Assembly (NCBI RefSeq): GCF_963921235.1
Contig: NC_086097.1
Location: 234,486,001-234,550,000, forward strand
Reading direction: 5' to 3'
DNA from: Mobula hypostoma
Lineage: Eukaryota
Length of the DNA stretch: 64,000 bases
Shown here: positions 25,295-38,970 of the stretch, in pieces
Layout of the letters: the number at the start of each line of letters is the position of its first letter
Numbering within the stretch: position 1 is the stretch's first letter
Notes under the pieces: generated by a model
What the model was told of the DNA's origin: nothing
What the model saw: the letters and a program-made list of their open reading frames with translations, nothing else
The model's database searches: none
Program-made: the position numbers and the translations under genes

Positions 25295-25660
25295 CAGAAC
25301 TCCCAGAGGAAGGGCATGCCCTTTTCTCACTGTTACCATCAGATAGCAGGCACAGAAGCCTGAAGACACCCACTCAGAGATTCAGGAATAGCTTCTTCCC
25401 TTCTGCCATCCGATTCTTAAATGGACATTGAATCTTTGGACACCATCTCACTTTTTTTTAATATACAGTATTTCTGTTTTTGTATTTTTTTAAAAATCTA
25501 TTCAATATATGTAATTGGTTTACTTGTTTATTTATTATTATTTTTATTTTTTTTTCTCTCTGCTAGATTATGTATTGCATTGAACTGCTGCTACTAAGTT
25601 AACCAGTTTCACATCACGTGCTGCAGATAATAAACCTGATTCTGATTCTGATTCTGAATC
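25295..25660 (+). mobile_element. Rex1/Babar-like LINE 3' end
   Basis: GHALFSLLPSDSRHRSLKTPTQRFRNSFFPSAIRFLN; AATAAA followed by a (CTGATT)n tail. Confidence 0.85.
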
Positions 25661-27631
25661 ACAGTGAGAAAATACAAATTCTTTACAGACAGTTCCAGGA
25701 TTGAATCTAGGTCACCAATGCTGTAAAAAACATGATGACATCGTGTCAAACCCACTACAGACTGGATGGGAGAAAGTGTGAGGAGTAGTATGAGGTAGTT
25801 AGGGCAGCCACGTTAATTATGTAACATGAGGGACAAGTTATATCATTACAGCATAGCTCAGTTAGCAATATGTACTTACACATGAGCAGCTTCTGAAATT
25901 TTTCCCAGAAAATTCCCAGTGGTAAATCTTTTAGTGCTAGAAAAGGATTGAGAGAAGATGATGATGGAATACTTTCCATAACCTACCGAATGTTGAAAGG
26001 ACAAGATAGGGTGGATGTGGAGAGGATGTTTCCTATGGCGGGGGGTATCCAGAACTAGCTGGCACAAACTCAAAATTGAGGGGTGACCTTTTAGAGCAGA
26101 GGTAAGGAGGAATTTTTTTTTTAGCCAGAGAGCAGTGAATCTGTGGAATGATCAGCCATGATGGAATGGCGGAGCAGACTCAATGGGCTGAGTGGGCTAA
26201 TTCGGCTCCTATGTCTTATGGCCTTATGGTATCATGCACAGAGCTAGAGAGAGCAGGATCACTCACTGTGCTTTGGCAAATTGGTTATTAACCTTAACTC
26301 TGCTAAATTCCTGGATCCCAACGGACCAGGACTTTGGCTGGAACTGAATGCTCTCTGAATCTTTGGTTAACTAGGGTATTGATATTTTATCCATGGGTTG
26401 CCAACTTTATGTCTGTTTACTGTTCCAAAATGGAAATTATTTTGGTTTTACCAACCAGGTCCGTTGGATATATTGTGATTTATTCTGACTAAGTATGTAG
26501 CCCTTCAGTAAACATTGCGTTTCCAGATAAAGATACACCATCTTTCTGACTAAGTAAAAATATATTACGTCATTGTGAAAATACATAGCAGGTCAGATGG
26601 CATCTGTCTAGTGAAAGAAACAAAGTTATCATTTCACATTTTTTTACTGTGCCATGGACTGTTCTTCATCAAGTTATGGTATTGTTGCACTGTTGTAACT
26701 ATATGTTATAATTATGTGTTTTTTGTTAGTTTTTCAGTCTTGGTCTGTCCTGTGTTTTTGTGATATCACACCGGAGAAATATTGTATCATTTCTTAATGC
26801 ATGCATTACTAAATGACAATAAAATAGGACTGCGTGTCCTCATAATCTAATAATCTACTAATCTACTAATCTAATAATCATTGATCACTCTTCATTAAAC
26901 TTTGTATTACGATTGCGATAATTAATAAATATTTGTATAACAGTTTCAGTTAGAGTAATTACTGGGGTGAAATGTACAATTCTTGAATTTGATGTGTCAC
27001 TATGCTTCCTGTCTGTATGATTGCCCGCTTAAACATCCTCATTCAGCCAGAGGGCACAATATGTTGGACACCACTTCATTTATTAGTAACAAAAGGTGAA
27101 AATTAAATACCAGAAACATTCATGCACAGTAATCTACATTAGCCCCGTATCTAATTTTGTATGCTTGGTCATTAAGGAAAAGGCATAAGAATAGTTTCTG
27201 TAAGATTAATCATACTATCTTTCTAATGAAGTAAAAGTAATAGTATACAGAGTTTATAGTTATTTTTATCAGTCTTCTCCTGGTGAATGCAGAACCATGA
27301 ATATTTGCTGACCATCAATCAGATTGAACTATTTGCCCAGATGAAGAGCCTACTGCATGTCTTTTCACACCAACTTGTTACCTGCTACCATCACTTTTGC
27401 CAAGCCTGAACCTAACTGAGAAGAATTTTTGGTGCTTGTTCTGATTGGAGAATATAGATTTTTCTATACTGCAATCTTTTTCCCCCATTGTCTCCAGGTG
27501 TGATAGAAAACATGTTTTGAAAGCTCATGTCCGAAAAGGTCATCACTTCTTCAGTAAATATATTTCAGTTTGTCTTCATGACATTATATCTTCTACATTA
27601 CATCTGTTCAGCACTATTAGCAACAAAGATT

Positions 27632-28965
27632 CATAGAGTCATAGAACACTACAGCACAGAAAAAAGGCCCATCTAGTCGATGACAAACCATTAATCTCAC
27701 TGGACCCATCAACCAGGACCCAGAACATAGCCCTCCATAACTCTTCCATCCATGGACCTATCCAAATTTCTCATAAAGGTTGAAATCAACTCTGCATCCA
27801 CCATTTGGTCTGGCAGCTTGTTCAACACTCATGTTCCCCTTAAACATTTCACCTTTTACCCTTAACCTATGGCCTCGAGTTCTGGTCTCACTCAATCTCA
27901 GTGGAAAAAGCCGGCTCGCATTTAACCTATCTATATCCTTCATAATTTTGTACACCTCTGTCAAATCTCCCCTCAGTCTTCTACATTCTAAGGAATAAAG
28001 TCCAAACCTATTCAACCATTTCCTATAACTTAGGTCCTCAAATCTCAGCAACATCCTTGTAAATTTTCTCTGCACTCTTTCAATCTCATTTACATCTTTT
28101 CAGTAGGTAGCTGACCAAGACTGCACACAATACTTCAAATTAGGCCTCACCAATGTCTTATAAAATTTCAACATAACATCCCAATTCCTGTACTCAATAA
28201 ATTGATTTATGAAGGTCAAGTACCAAAAGCTTTCTTTACAACTCCATCAACCTGTGTCACCATTTTCAAGGAATTATGGATCTGTATTCCCAGCTCCCTC
28301 TGTTCTACCACACTCCTCACTCCTCAGTACTCACACGGTGAAACCTACCCTGGCCGTTCCTCCCAAAGTGCAACACTTCACACTTGTCGCGATAAATTTC
28401 AGGAACCATTTTTCAGGCCATTTTTCCAGCTGATCCAGATTCTGCTGTAAGCTTTGATAGTCTTCCTCGCTATTCACTACATCCCCAATCTTGGTGAGAG
28501 CTGCACATTTGCTGATCCAGTTAACTACATTATCATCTCGCTTTCTAGATTGTTGATATAGGTGACAAACAACATTGGATTTAGCACTGATCCCTGTGGC
28601 ACTCCATTAGTCACAGGCATCAAGTCAGAGTCAACAATCTACAACTTGTCTCTGGCTTCTCCCATGATGCCAATATCTAATCCAATTTCTTCCTCATATT
28701 GAATACTAAGTGACAGAAACTTCTTGACCAACCTCCCATGCAGAACTTTGTCAAAGGACTTGCTAAAGTCCATGTAGACAACATTCACTGTCTTGTCTTC
28801 ATCAACTTTTCCGGTAACTTCCTTGAAAGCCTCAACCTACTCGACCTACTCGACAAGTAACTTGAAAGACTCAACCTACCACACACAAAGCTACGTTAGT
28901 TATCCAAGATCAGTTCTGGTCTATCCAAATACTTAAATATCCAGTCCCTTAGAATATCTTCCAAC
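27632..28965 (-). mobile_element. CR1 LINE RT region, decayed; resumes at about 30700-30900
   Basis: QRKFTRMLLRFEDLSYRKWLNRFGLYSLECRRLRGDLTEVYKIM; tail at about 27632-27660. Confidence 0.85.
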
Positions 28966-30697
28966 AAGTGTGTATGGAACTGGGGGAGAGAGCAGAGGTA
29001 CTTAATGAATACTTTCCTTCAGTATTCACTACAGAGAAGTATCTCGGCGATTGTAGGGCTGACTTGGAGTGGACTGAAAAGCTTGAGCATGTAGATATTA
29101 AGGAAGGGGATGTGATGAAGCTTTTGGAAAGCATCAAGTTGGATAAGTCACAGGGACTGGATGGGATGTACTCCAGGCGACTGTGGGGAAGCGAGGAAGG
29201 AGATTGCTGAGACTCTGGCAATGAACTTTGCATCATCAATGAGGACTGGAGAGGTTCTGGAGGATTGGAGGGTTGCAAATGTTGTTCCCTTATTTAAGAA
29301 AGGCAGGAGGGATAGCCCAGGAAATTATAGACTAGTGAGTCTTACTTCAGTAGTTGGTAAGTTGATGGAGAAGGTCCTGACAGGCAGGATTTATGAACAT
29401 TTGGAGAGGGATAATATGATTAAGAATAGTCAACATGGCTTTGTCAAAGGTAGGTCGTGCCTTTCGAGCTTGATTTAATTTTTTGAGGATGTGACTAAAC
29501 TCATTGATGAAGGTAGATCAGTAGATGTAGTGTATATGGATTTCAGCAAGGCATTTGATAAAGGACCCCATGCAAGGCATATTGAGAAAGTAAGGAGGCA
29601 TGGGATCCAAGGGGACATTGCTTTGTGGATCCAGAACTGGCTTGCCCACAGAAGGCAAAGAGTGGTTGTAGATGGGTCAAATTCTGCACGGAGGTCTTTA
29701 ACCAGTGGTGTGCCTCAGGGATCTGTTCTGGGACCCTTACTCTTCATGATTTTTATAAATGACCTGGATGAGGAAGTGGAGGGATGGGTTAGTAAGTTTG
29801 CTGATGACACAAAGGTTGGGGGTGTTGTGTATAGTATGGAGGGCTGTCAGAGGTTGCAGCGGGACATTGATAGGATGCAAAACTGGGCTGAGAAGTGGCA
29901 GATGGAGTTCAACCCAGATAAGTGTGAGGTGGTTCATTTTTGGTAGGTCAAATATGATGGAAGAATATAGCATTAATGGCAAGACTCTTGGCAGTGTGGA
30001 GGATCAGAGGGATCTTGGGGTCCGAGTCGACAGGACACTCAAAGCTGCTACGCAGGTTGACTCTGTGGTTAAGAAGGCATACGGTGCAATAACCTTCATC
30101 AATCGTTTGACTGAGTTTAAGAGCTGAGAGGTAATGTTGCAGCTATATAGGAGCCTAGTCACACTCTACTTGGAGTATTGCGCTCAATTCTGGTCACCTC
30201 ACTGCAGGAAGGATGTGGAATTCATTGAAAGGATGCAGAGGAGATATACAAGAATGTTGCTTGGATTGGGGAGCATGCCTTATGAGAATAGGTAGAGTGA
30301 ACTCGACCTTTTCTCCTTGGAGCGACAGAGGATGAGAGGTGACCTGATAGAGGTGTATAAGATCATGAGAGGCAGTGGTCGTGGGCTTTTTCCCAGGGCT
30401 GAAATGGCTAGAACGAGAGGGCATAGTTTTAAGGTGTTTGGAAGTAGGTACAGAGGAGATGTCAGAGGTATGTTTTTTACGCAGAGAGTGGTGAGTGCGT
30501 GGAATGGGCTGCCAGTGGCGATGGTGAAGGCGGAAACGATGGGGTATTTTAAGAGACTCCTGGATGGATACATGGAGCATAGAAAAATAGAGGGCTATGG
30601 GTAAGTCTAGGTAGTTCTAAGGTAAGGACAAGTTTGGCACAGCTTTGAGGGCCGAAGGGCCTGTATTGTGCTGAAGGTTTTCTATGTTCCTATGTTT
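28966..30697 (+). mobile_element. Younger CR1 LINE nested in opposite orientation inside an older CR1
   Basis: PGNYRLVSLTSVVGKLME, YMDFSKAFDK, SGVPQGSVLGPLLF, KFADDTK, WNGLP; CTATGTT tail. Confidence 0.95.
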
Positions 30698-31711
30698 TTT
30701 AACTTTCCCACTACTGATGCCATGCTCACCAACCTATAATTTCTTGACTTATTCTAAGAGCCTTTCTGAAACAATGGAACAACACTAGCTATCTTCCAAT
30801 CCTCCAGCACCTCACCTATGGCTAAAGATATTTTAAATATCCCTGCTAGGGTCAATGCAATTTCAGCACTAGCCTCCCACAGGGTCTGAGGAAACACTGA
30901 GGAGGAAAGAGAAATGCTTAGTAATCAGGGGAGCCAGGGTCACAGTAAAGGTGGGGAAAGGAATACTCAGTTTATTTCAATACACAAGGTTTATTTGGTA
31001 AAGCAGGCAGAGTGTGGATTGGCTCTGAAGATTGAGATGTTATAGCTGTAACAGAAACATGTATGAGAGAATGGCGGGACTGGCAGCTCAGCGTTCCCAG
31101 GTAAAGGTGCTACAGAAGTGACAGAGGTACAGGTCTCCAGGAGAGGATGCTGCCTTTCTGACAAGGGAGGATGTAACAGAAGTATGTGGAGGTGATGTAT
31201 TTAGTCCAATGAGGCCATAAGGGCAGAACTTACGAACAAGAAAGGAAGAGTCTCTCTGTTGGTGTTGTATTATGGAACTCCAATCTTCAGTGGGAGCTTA
31301 TTCATCATATATGCCGGGAAAGCTCTAAACCTTTTTTCAAGATTGGGAATACTCTTAAGAGGGAAACTGGGAGAGCAGAAAGATGATACGAGATGGATTT
31401 AGCAGGTAAGGTTAAGGAAAATCCCAAGAGATATATTAAGATTAAAAGGGTGATTGCAAAGAGATTAGGTGGAGTTGTTTTGAAAGACATTCATTTGTTA
31501 GAAAGAAAGTATATAAAGACTTGCAGTACAGTACGGTGGATAAATACCCAGAACCTGGCCAAGTGAATCCTCAGACTTTGCTTAGGAGAAAAAGCAGAAA
31601 TTGTGGAAAATCCTGCAGAAATATTTGCTTCATCACCAGCCCCGGTGAAGTTCCAGAAGGCTGGAAACTGGCTAATGTTGGTCTGTTATTTAAGGAGGGT
31701 GGCAAGGACAA

Positions 31712-32218
31712 TGTTGTGTATTTAATATTATAGTAATGGGAGGGAGCGTCGACTCAGACCATGAGAGGCCTTCGTCGGACATTTTCATGCCTTACAAGGC
31801 ACAGATTGGAAGTCTGTGTGGGGCGCCATTCCTCACACAGACTCTAAGGCAATGTATGGTTAAGTGCCTTGCTCAAGGACACAAACACGCTGCCACAGCT
31901 GATGCTCCAACTAGCGACTTTCAGATCACTAGACGAATGCCTTAACCGCTTGGCCACGTGTCCAACACCACGTGGCCAATATTATAGCAATATTTGAGCA
32001 ATATTGTAAATATGTTGTTTTATTAAGGATTCTTTGTTGCTTATATAATGCATTGTGGGTTATATCTGTAAAAGTACATTAATGGCATACATTGTTACGC
32101 CAACATGTGATATGTGTGTGTGTCTCGCTTAAATTAAAAACAAATTAAGTCTTGTATCTCTTAATTCCTTTGTTTTCCTTACAATTAGTGTAATGTTTTG
32201 GAGTTGCTAAACGTAACA
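31712..32218 (+). mobile_element. Solo LTR with perfect 5-bp TSD, containing a SINE
   Basis: GACAA at 31707-31711 and 32219-32223; TGTT...AACA ends. Confidence 0.88.
31738..31977 (-). mobile_element. tRNA-headed SINE with 14-bp TSD
   Basis: AATATTATAGTAAT (31724-31737) / AATATTATAGCAAT (31978-31991); homologous to 51559-51793. Confidence 0.88.
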
Positions 32219-34579
32219 GACAAGCCTGTGATCTACAAGTAATTAGCCTGCCATCAGAGGTGGGGAAGCTAACCAGGAATCCGGAGGGACAAGATCTATT
32301 AGGACTTGGATTGATAAAGACTGATTTGAGGTGCCAGCATGGCTTTGTATGCAGAATTTCATGCTTAACATCCCTTTTAATCTTTTTGAAGTGGTAACAA
32401 AAATGGTAGATGAGGGTAGGGCAGTGGATGTTGTCCATTTTGACTTTAGCAAGGCCTTCAAAAAGGGACTGCGCACTAGTCTGTTTTAGAAGGTTGAATC
32501 CAGAGAGAGCTCATTTGGAGGATTCAAAGTTTTTACGGATGCAGGAAGCAGAGAGTGGTAGTTGAAGTTTCTTTCTCAGAATGAGGGCTACAGACAGAGT
32601 AAATGTGAACAGGCTCTTTCCACTTAGCTTAGGAGAAATAAATACGAGAGGACATGGATTTAGAGTGAAAGGGGAAAGGTTTAGGGGGAACATTAGGGGG
32701 AACATCTTCACTCAGAGAGTGGTGGGAGTGTGGAACGAGCTGCCATCTGACGTGGTAAATGCAGGCTCACTCTTAAGTTTTAAGAATAAATTGAATAGGT
32801 ACATGGATGGGAGAGGTCTGGAGGGTTATGGACTGGATGCAGATCAATGGGACTAGCAGAATAATGTTTCGGCGCAGACTAGAAGGGCCGAATGGCCTAT
32901 TTTCTGTGCTGTAGTGTTCTATGGTTCTATGGAAGCTGGTCACAAATGGTATGCCACAGAGCTTACAGTACTGTCGCTATTATCTGTTAGTTACATGGAT
33001 GTTGAATATTTTGGATACTGATGCAGCAAGATTGATCAGTGATTCTGTGAATGACACAAAATTGGGAGGTTTTGTTGTTTTAGTGAAGAAGGCTGTTGTA
33101 AATGACAGGAGGATCTTAGGTTGACAGGATCACTTAAGGAAGTGGGTCAGTGGATTTCTATACAGGTAAGTATGACGTGATGAATTTTGGAAAATCAAAC
33201 TAGAACAGATTTTAGAGACAAAGAAGGAAGTTAGGGGTCAGGTTAAGGTTTAGGGACAGGGACGTAGGGGAATTAGAGGACAGGCAGGAGCCTAAGTCTA
33301 TGCTCCGAGTTCAAAGACCAGTGGTGAGGACATGGTCAGGTGTCTGGCCTGCTGATCAGTGAGGACATTCGTGGACACATTATCAGAGAGACCAGAGTTC
33401 AAAGCCTAATTTTCAGGGGCCCGTGATTGGCAAGTATCGTGTTTGAGGCCTGGAGTTCTGGTTTTCATCAGCGATCTTTATTGATCCGTGGTCGATGCTG
33501 AAGATCGAAGAGAAAAGGTGAATCAGAGTTCTGGTTCAAAGCACAAAGGTTGACTGGGTATCTAGAAGTTGAGGCCCGATAGCCAGAGCCTGGGTCTGTA
33601 AATTTGGGACACAGTGTCCAAAAATCTCTGAATCAGCTGGAGACCAAAGAAAGTAGCGCGTCCAGAGGTTAAAAGGCAGTGTATGTGTGTGAAATCCTAC
33701 TGCAATTATATGGGGATGTGATGAGACAGCGCCTAGAGTGTTGCATAAAATTTTAAATACATGAAATTCTGCAGATGCTGCAAATGTAAGTTAACACATA
33801 TAAAATGCTGAAGGAACTTAGCAAGTTAAGTATCTATGGAAAAGAATAAACAGTTGATGTTTTGGGCCGAGACTTCTGATCTTTTTGTCTACAAAATGTA
33901 GTGGATACAGCTGCTAAAGCCCTCCCCACCATTGAACATATTTACATGAAGCACAGTCAGAGGAAAGCAGCATCCATCATCAGGGACCCCCACACCCAGG
34001 ATATGCTTTCTTCTTACTGTTGCCATTGGGAAGAAAACACAGGAGCCTCAGGACTCACACTACCAGGTTCAGGAATAGTTACTACCCCTCAACCAACAGG
34101 AACTTGAACCAAAGGGGATAACTTCAGTCAACATCACTTGCCTGTCATTGAGATGTTCCAACTAATATGGATTCAGTTTTAAGGGCTCTTCCTCTCACAT
34201 TCTTGGTACTTATTGCTTATTTATTCATTTCTATTATTTCTTTCTTTTTGTATTTGCCCAGTTTGTTGTCTTCTGCACTGATATATATGAGATAATAAAT
34301 TTACTTTGAACTTACAGCAATTTTGTAATAACTTGTACTGCTGTGAAGCCATAAAAAACAAACTTCCCTACATTTGTAACAAATGAACTTGTTCTGATTC
34401 TGATTCTAACTCAGCATGATTTTAGATCATCTTTGTCCACATTAACGTTATTAAGATGCATATAAATGCATTGTTCCAGATGTATTGAAATAATTGAGTT
34501 TTAAGTATTGAAGATGAACTTTATTTGTCACATGTACAATAAAACATACAGTGATATGCAGAACCCACCCGCAATGCAC

Positions 34580-35540
34580 TTGTGGTCAAGATGGCACCTG
34601 AGTACAATGCTCCTTTGGTCGATGTCTTCTGGATAGATCATGAAACCATGTATTTCTCTTCCTTTTTTTGTCTTTTATGTTTGTTTGTTTTTCATCCTGA
34701 ATGTTATTCTGGAACTGATGAAGCCTGTGATTTGCAGTTCTGTGATTTTTTTTGGATGTTCTGGTACTCTACAGTCTCTGAGAGGACCTCGTGGTGAGAA
34801 GGCTTTGGGGCAGGGGCACGAGCCGATGTTCAATTCCATTTCACTGATTAAAGCTTCTATTCTTTACCAGCTAAAGTGACGAGGGAGAATGAAACATCGA
34901 GGTGAATGTGGTGGGTGATTGCCAGCTGCCTGCATTTTTATTGCTGGGTAACCACTCTGCTGTCAGAGAGGGGAGACTGCCTTTTTATCACTGGGAATTC
35001 ACCCTGCTACAGAGAGAGGAGACTGTATTTTCATCAATGGTAATTCACTCTGCTACGGAGGGGGAGACTATATTTTATCACTAGTGAGATCACACTGCTA
35101 CAGAGTGGGGAGTCTGCCTTTTGATCACTGGGAATTTGCTCTGCTACAGAGAGAAGAGACTGCCTTTTGATCACTGGTGGGATTGCTTGCTGCTAGAGAG
35201 GGAAAGGCCTGCCACTATGAACGGAGAATGTTACTCAGATTTTCTGCATTTTGGATATGGACTTGGACTATAGACTATTTTTCAGTCTCAGTGTTTTTTT
35301 AATATTCTGTGTTTTCACTCAATCTTTCACAATTTTTTGAGTGTGGGGGAGGTGGATTTGGGAGTTGATGTACTTGTTCCATTTTTGTTTGTTTTTTTGT
35401 ACAGGAAGGAGGGTTTTGGGGTTTGATGATTGTGCTGCCTTTCTTTTCTTGTTTTCATGGCCATCTGGAGAAGAAGAATTTCAGAGTTGTATATTTTGAT
35501 AATAAATGAACCTCTAAACCTTTGAGCCTTTTGAACTTTG
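34580..35540 (+). mobile_element. Non-autonomous element (CAAGATGGC start, AATAAA plus short repeat tail) inserted in a V-SINE-like element
   Basis: The SINE sequence ...CATACAGTGATATGC resumes as ATATGCGTAGTTTGCGTCAATGACC at 35541. Confidence 0.65.
34926..35210. repeat. Diverged 45-46-bp tandem repeat, about 6 copies
   Basis: Recurring CTGCCTTTTNATCACTGGGAATTCACTCTGCTACAGAGAGNGGAGA-like unit. Confidence 0.85.
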
Positions 35541-35811
35541 ATATGCGTAGTTTGCGTCAATGACCAACACAATCTGAGGATGTGCTGGGGACAGCCCACA
35601 AGAGCAACCACACTTTATGTACCAACAAAACATGCTCACTAGTTGTTAAGCCTAACCCATACACCTTTCAAATGTAAGAGGAAATCAGAGCACCCAGAGG
35701 AGACCCATTGTAAGAAGTTTGAACGTTCTTCCTATTTGTACAGTGATGAATTGAACATAGGTCAAAAATTCAAAGTTCAAAGTAAAATTTATTGTCAGAG
35801 TATGTACATGT

Positions 35812-36430
35812 CATGAAATTTGGCCTGTCCCCTAAATCCCTCACTAATTTTTATAGATGCACCGTAGAAAGCATTCTTCTAGGGTGCATCACAACCTGGT
35901 ATGGAAGTTGTCCTGTCCAAGACCGAAAGAAGCTGCAGAAGATCGTGAACACAGCGCAGCACATCACAGAAACCAATCTCCTGTCCGTGGACTCACTTTA
36001 CACTGCACGCTGTCGGAGAAGTGCTGCCAGGATAATTAAGGACACGACCCACCCAGCCAACAGACTTCTTGTCCCTTTTCCCTCCGGGAGAAGGTTCAGG
36101 AGCTTGAAGACTCGTATGGCCGGATTTAGGAACAGCTTCTTTCCAACTGTGATAAGACTGCTGAACGGATCCTGACCAGGATCTGGGCTGTACCCTCCAA
36201 ATATCCATACCTGCCTCTCGGTTTTTTTGCACTACCTTACTTACCATTTTTCTATTTTCTATTTATGATTTATAATTTAAAATTTTAATATTTACTAATT
36301 TTTACTATTTTAAATATTTTAAATATTTAATATTTGTAATCCAGGGAGTGTGAAGCACAGATTCAAATCTCGCTGTGACGATTGTACATTCTAGTACCAA
36401 TTGTCTGGCGACAATAAAGTATAAAGTATA
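35812..36430 (+). mobile_element. Young Rex1/Babar-like LINE 3' end
   Basis: Open frame FYRCTVESILLGCITTWYG...HPANRLLVPFPSGRRFRS...RNSFFPTVIRLLN; tail AATAAAGTATAAAGTATA. Confidence 0.9.
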
Positions 36431-37599
36431 CAGCATTTTTCCTGTGGGCATACTCAGAAATTCTATAGAATAGTAACTGTAAACAGGATCAAAGAAAGAA
36501 CAAAAGCATAGCTGACAGCAAGCTGTTGAAATGCAAATATAAATAAGTTGTTATAAATAACAAGAGCATGAAATAACAAGATAAGAAAGTCCTTTAAGTG
36601 AGTTCATTAGTTGTGAAGACATATCAACAGATGAGCGTAGTAATCCTCCTTTGTTCAAAAGCCTGATGTTTCACTGGCACATATGCGAACTGCTATACTA
36701 TTGCAATGTATTCTTACTTCAATTTTGTTTTAAATCGGGTTGATAGTTCTGAAAAGATTTAGAACTGTTTTCTTAGCTTTCTGGATATCAAAAACATCCA
36801 GAAAAATTTATATTTTGGTAACTTTGATGAAATAACTCAATCGCCTGTCAATGAATCTTTCAGTTGCTCTGCGAGCAATGCATATTTTGATCCCACTGCG
36901 TGAAGAGATTACCATGCAGGAAACTCTGCTGTCATGCAGGCTTCACTGCGGAGGATTTACCTGACTTCTGCCAGCAGGTTCTCACCAGGAGATCTGAATA
37001 GAAATGTAAGCTGGAGACCAATAATATGCTTCGATGTCGCTCTATTGACCACAATATCCAGTTTGTTAAAATTCTTTCACCAGTGTACTGTTTTATTTTG
37101 TGTGCTATTGTTATGCTGTGTTTAAATGGAAATAAATGAACACAGACAGTCAATAAGAAAGTCACTAGTGCCCTGCAATTTTGTTGGCTGCCCACTTTTA
37201 TACTATAAAATGCATCCACTAGTATTGTTAAATGCAATGTCCTAGTTACCTTTAATGTATAACATCCTACTAGAGTAAAATAAAATTGGACACAAATTGC
37301 ATTAAAACTTGTGAAGAGGTCATAAACAAATATTTGAACATATTATCTGCAGAGCAAAGACAGGACAGATTTTTGAGATACTTGAATAGGGCCATTTCCA
37401 ACGGTGTATGAGTAAGAGTTCACCCTCCTTTCATGCATTGATTACTTGAAATTGCAGAGTATGTTTATTTATGTCAAAAATTTCGATGTTGGAAATCAAG
37501 TTCAATGCATGTTGCTGTATTATGTTTTGTTCATGTGGCTGAAGAGGAATTGCAATCACAATAATTCTGTCAGTAATAAAACTATCCAGGTAGGAGAGA

Positions 37600-38970
37600 T
37601 GGAAGCTCATCTTGTGGTATGTGGGAAGGCAGCGAGACCTCCAGATTGCAAGAAATGCATCCAGTTGCAACTTCTAACACTCCATGTTAAGGAGTAGGGG
37701 CTGGAACTGAATGAACTCTGGATCAGTCAGGAGGCTGAAGGGGTGATAGATAAGACATATAGAGAGCTAGTTATACCCAAGGTGCAGGGCACAGGAAACT
37801 GGGTGACAATCAGGAAGAGGAAAGGGGTCAAGGAGCCAGTGCAGAGTAACCCTGTGGCCATCCCCCTCAACAGCAGATGTATCACTTTGGCTGCTGTCAG
37901 GGGATGACCTAACAGAGGGAAGTGACAGTGCTCGGGTCTCTGGCACTGAGCCTGCCTCTGTGGCTCAGAAGTGAAGGGGGAGAAAAGGCATACTGTGGTG
38001 ATAGGGGATTCATTAGTTAGGGGGACCGATAGGAGGTTCTGTGGGCAAGAATGAGATTCCTTGATGGTATGTTGCCTCCCGGGTGCCAGGTCTGGGTTAT
38101 CTTGGGCCAAGTCCTCAGTATCCTTAAGTGGGAGGGTGAACAGCCAGAATTGGTGGTCCATGGGTAGGACAAGTGATGAAGTGCTGCATAGGGAGTTCAG
38201 GGAGTTAGGTGCTAAGTTAAAGGGCAGGACCTCCGAGGTTCTCATCTCTGGATTACTATCCATGCCACTTGCTAGTGAGGCCAGAACTAGGAATATTATG
38301 CAGTTTAATATATGTCCAAAGATTTGGTGTATGAGGAAGGGCATAAGGGTGGATAACAGTGCTGAAGATGAGGCAGCTGGTTTATAAGCAGAGGTAATGT
38401 GCAGTGAGGAGAGGCTGTTGATAGGGCAAAATTGCAGTTAACAGGATAAATTGCAATGTAAAAAGGTGAACTAAATCTAAAAGGGTGTATACAGGACTGA
38501 ATACTCGAAAGCACAAAATACGCGGAATAAGGTAAGTGAGCTTGCAGCACAGTTGCAGATTAGCATGCATGATATTGTAGGCATCAATGAAGCTGAAAGA
38601 AGCTTACAGCTGGGAGCTTGATATCCAAGGACACACATTGTACCAAAAGGACAGGCAGGAAAGCATAGGGGGCAGCATTGCTCTGTTGGTAAAAAATAAA
38701 ATCAAATAATTAGAAAAGAGGTAATATAGGATTGTGAATAGAGCTAAAGAACTTCATAGGTAAAAAGATCCTAGTGGGAGTTGTACAGAAAACAGACCCC
38801 CAAACATTAGTAAGAATGAAGACTACAAATTACAAAGGGAGATAGAAGGAGCATGCAAAAAGGGCAATGTTGCAATAGTCATAGGCACTTCAATATGCAG
38901 ATAGTTTGGGAGAATCAGGTTGGCTGGATTCCAGGAGGAGAAATTTCTGGAGTGTCCACAAGATGGCTTT
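37600..38970 (+). mobile_element. CR1 5' portion (ORF1 esterase-like region and endonuclease), decayed
   Basis: VIGDSLVRGTDRRFCG and MVCCLPGAR...RELGAKLKGRTSEVLISGLL; collinear with 54590-56100. Confidence 0.85.

Larger units (their letters stand above)
30900..33200 (+). mobile_element. Old, internally deleted CR1 hosting a solo LTR, a SINE and a younger CR1 3' end (about 32580-32930)
   Basis: GEVPEGWKLANVGLLFKEGGKD before the LTR; HFDFSKAF and NDTKLGG after it. Confidence 0.7.

Noticed and set aside
37727..38344. Longest ORF (205 aa) as a novel gene
   Set aside because: It is the antisense frame of CR1 ORF1.
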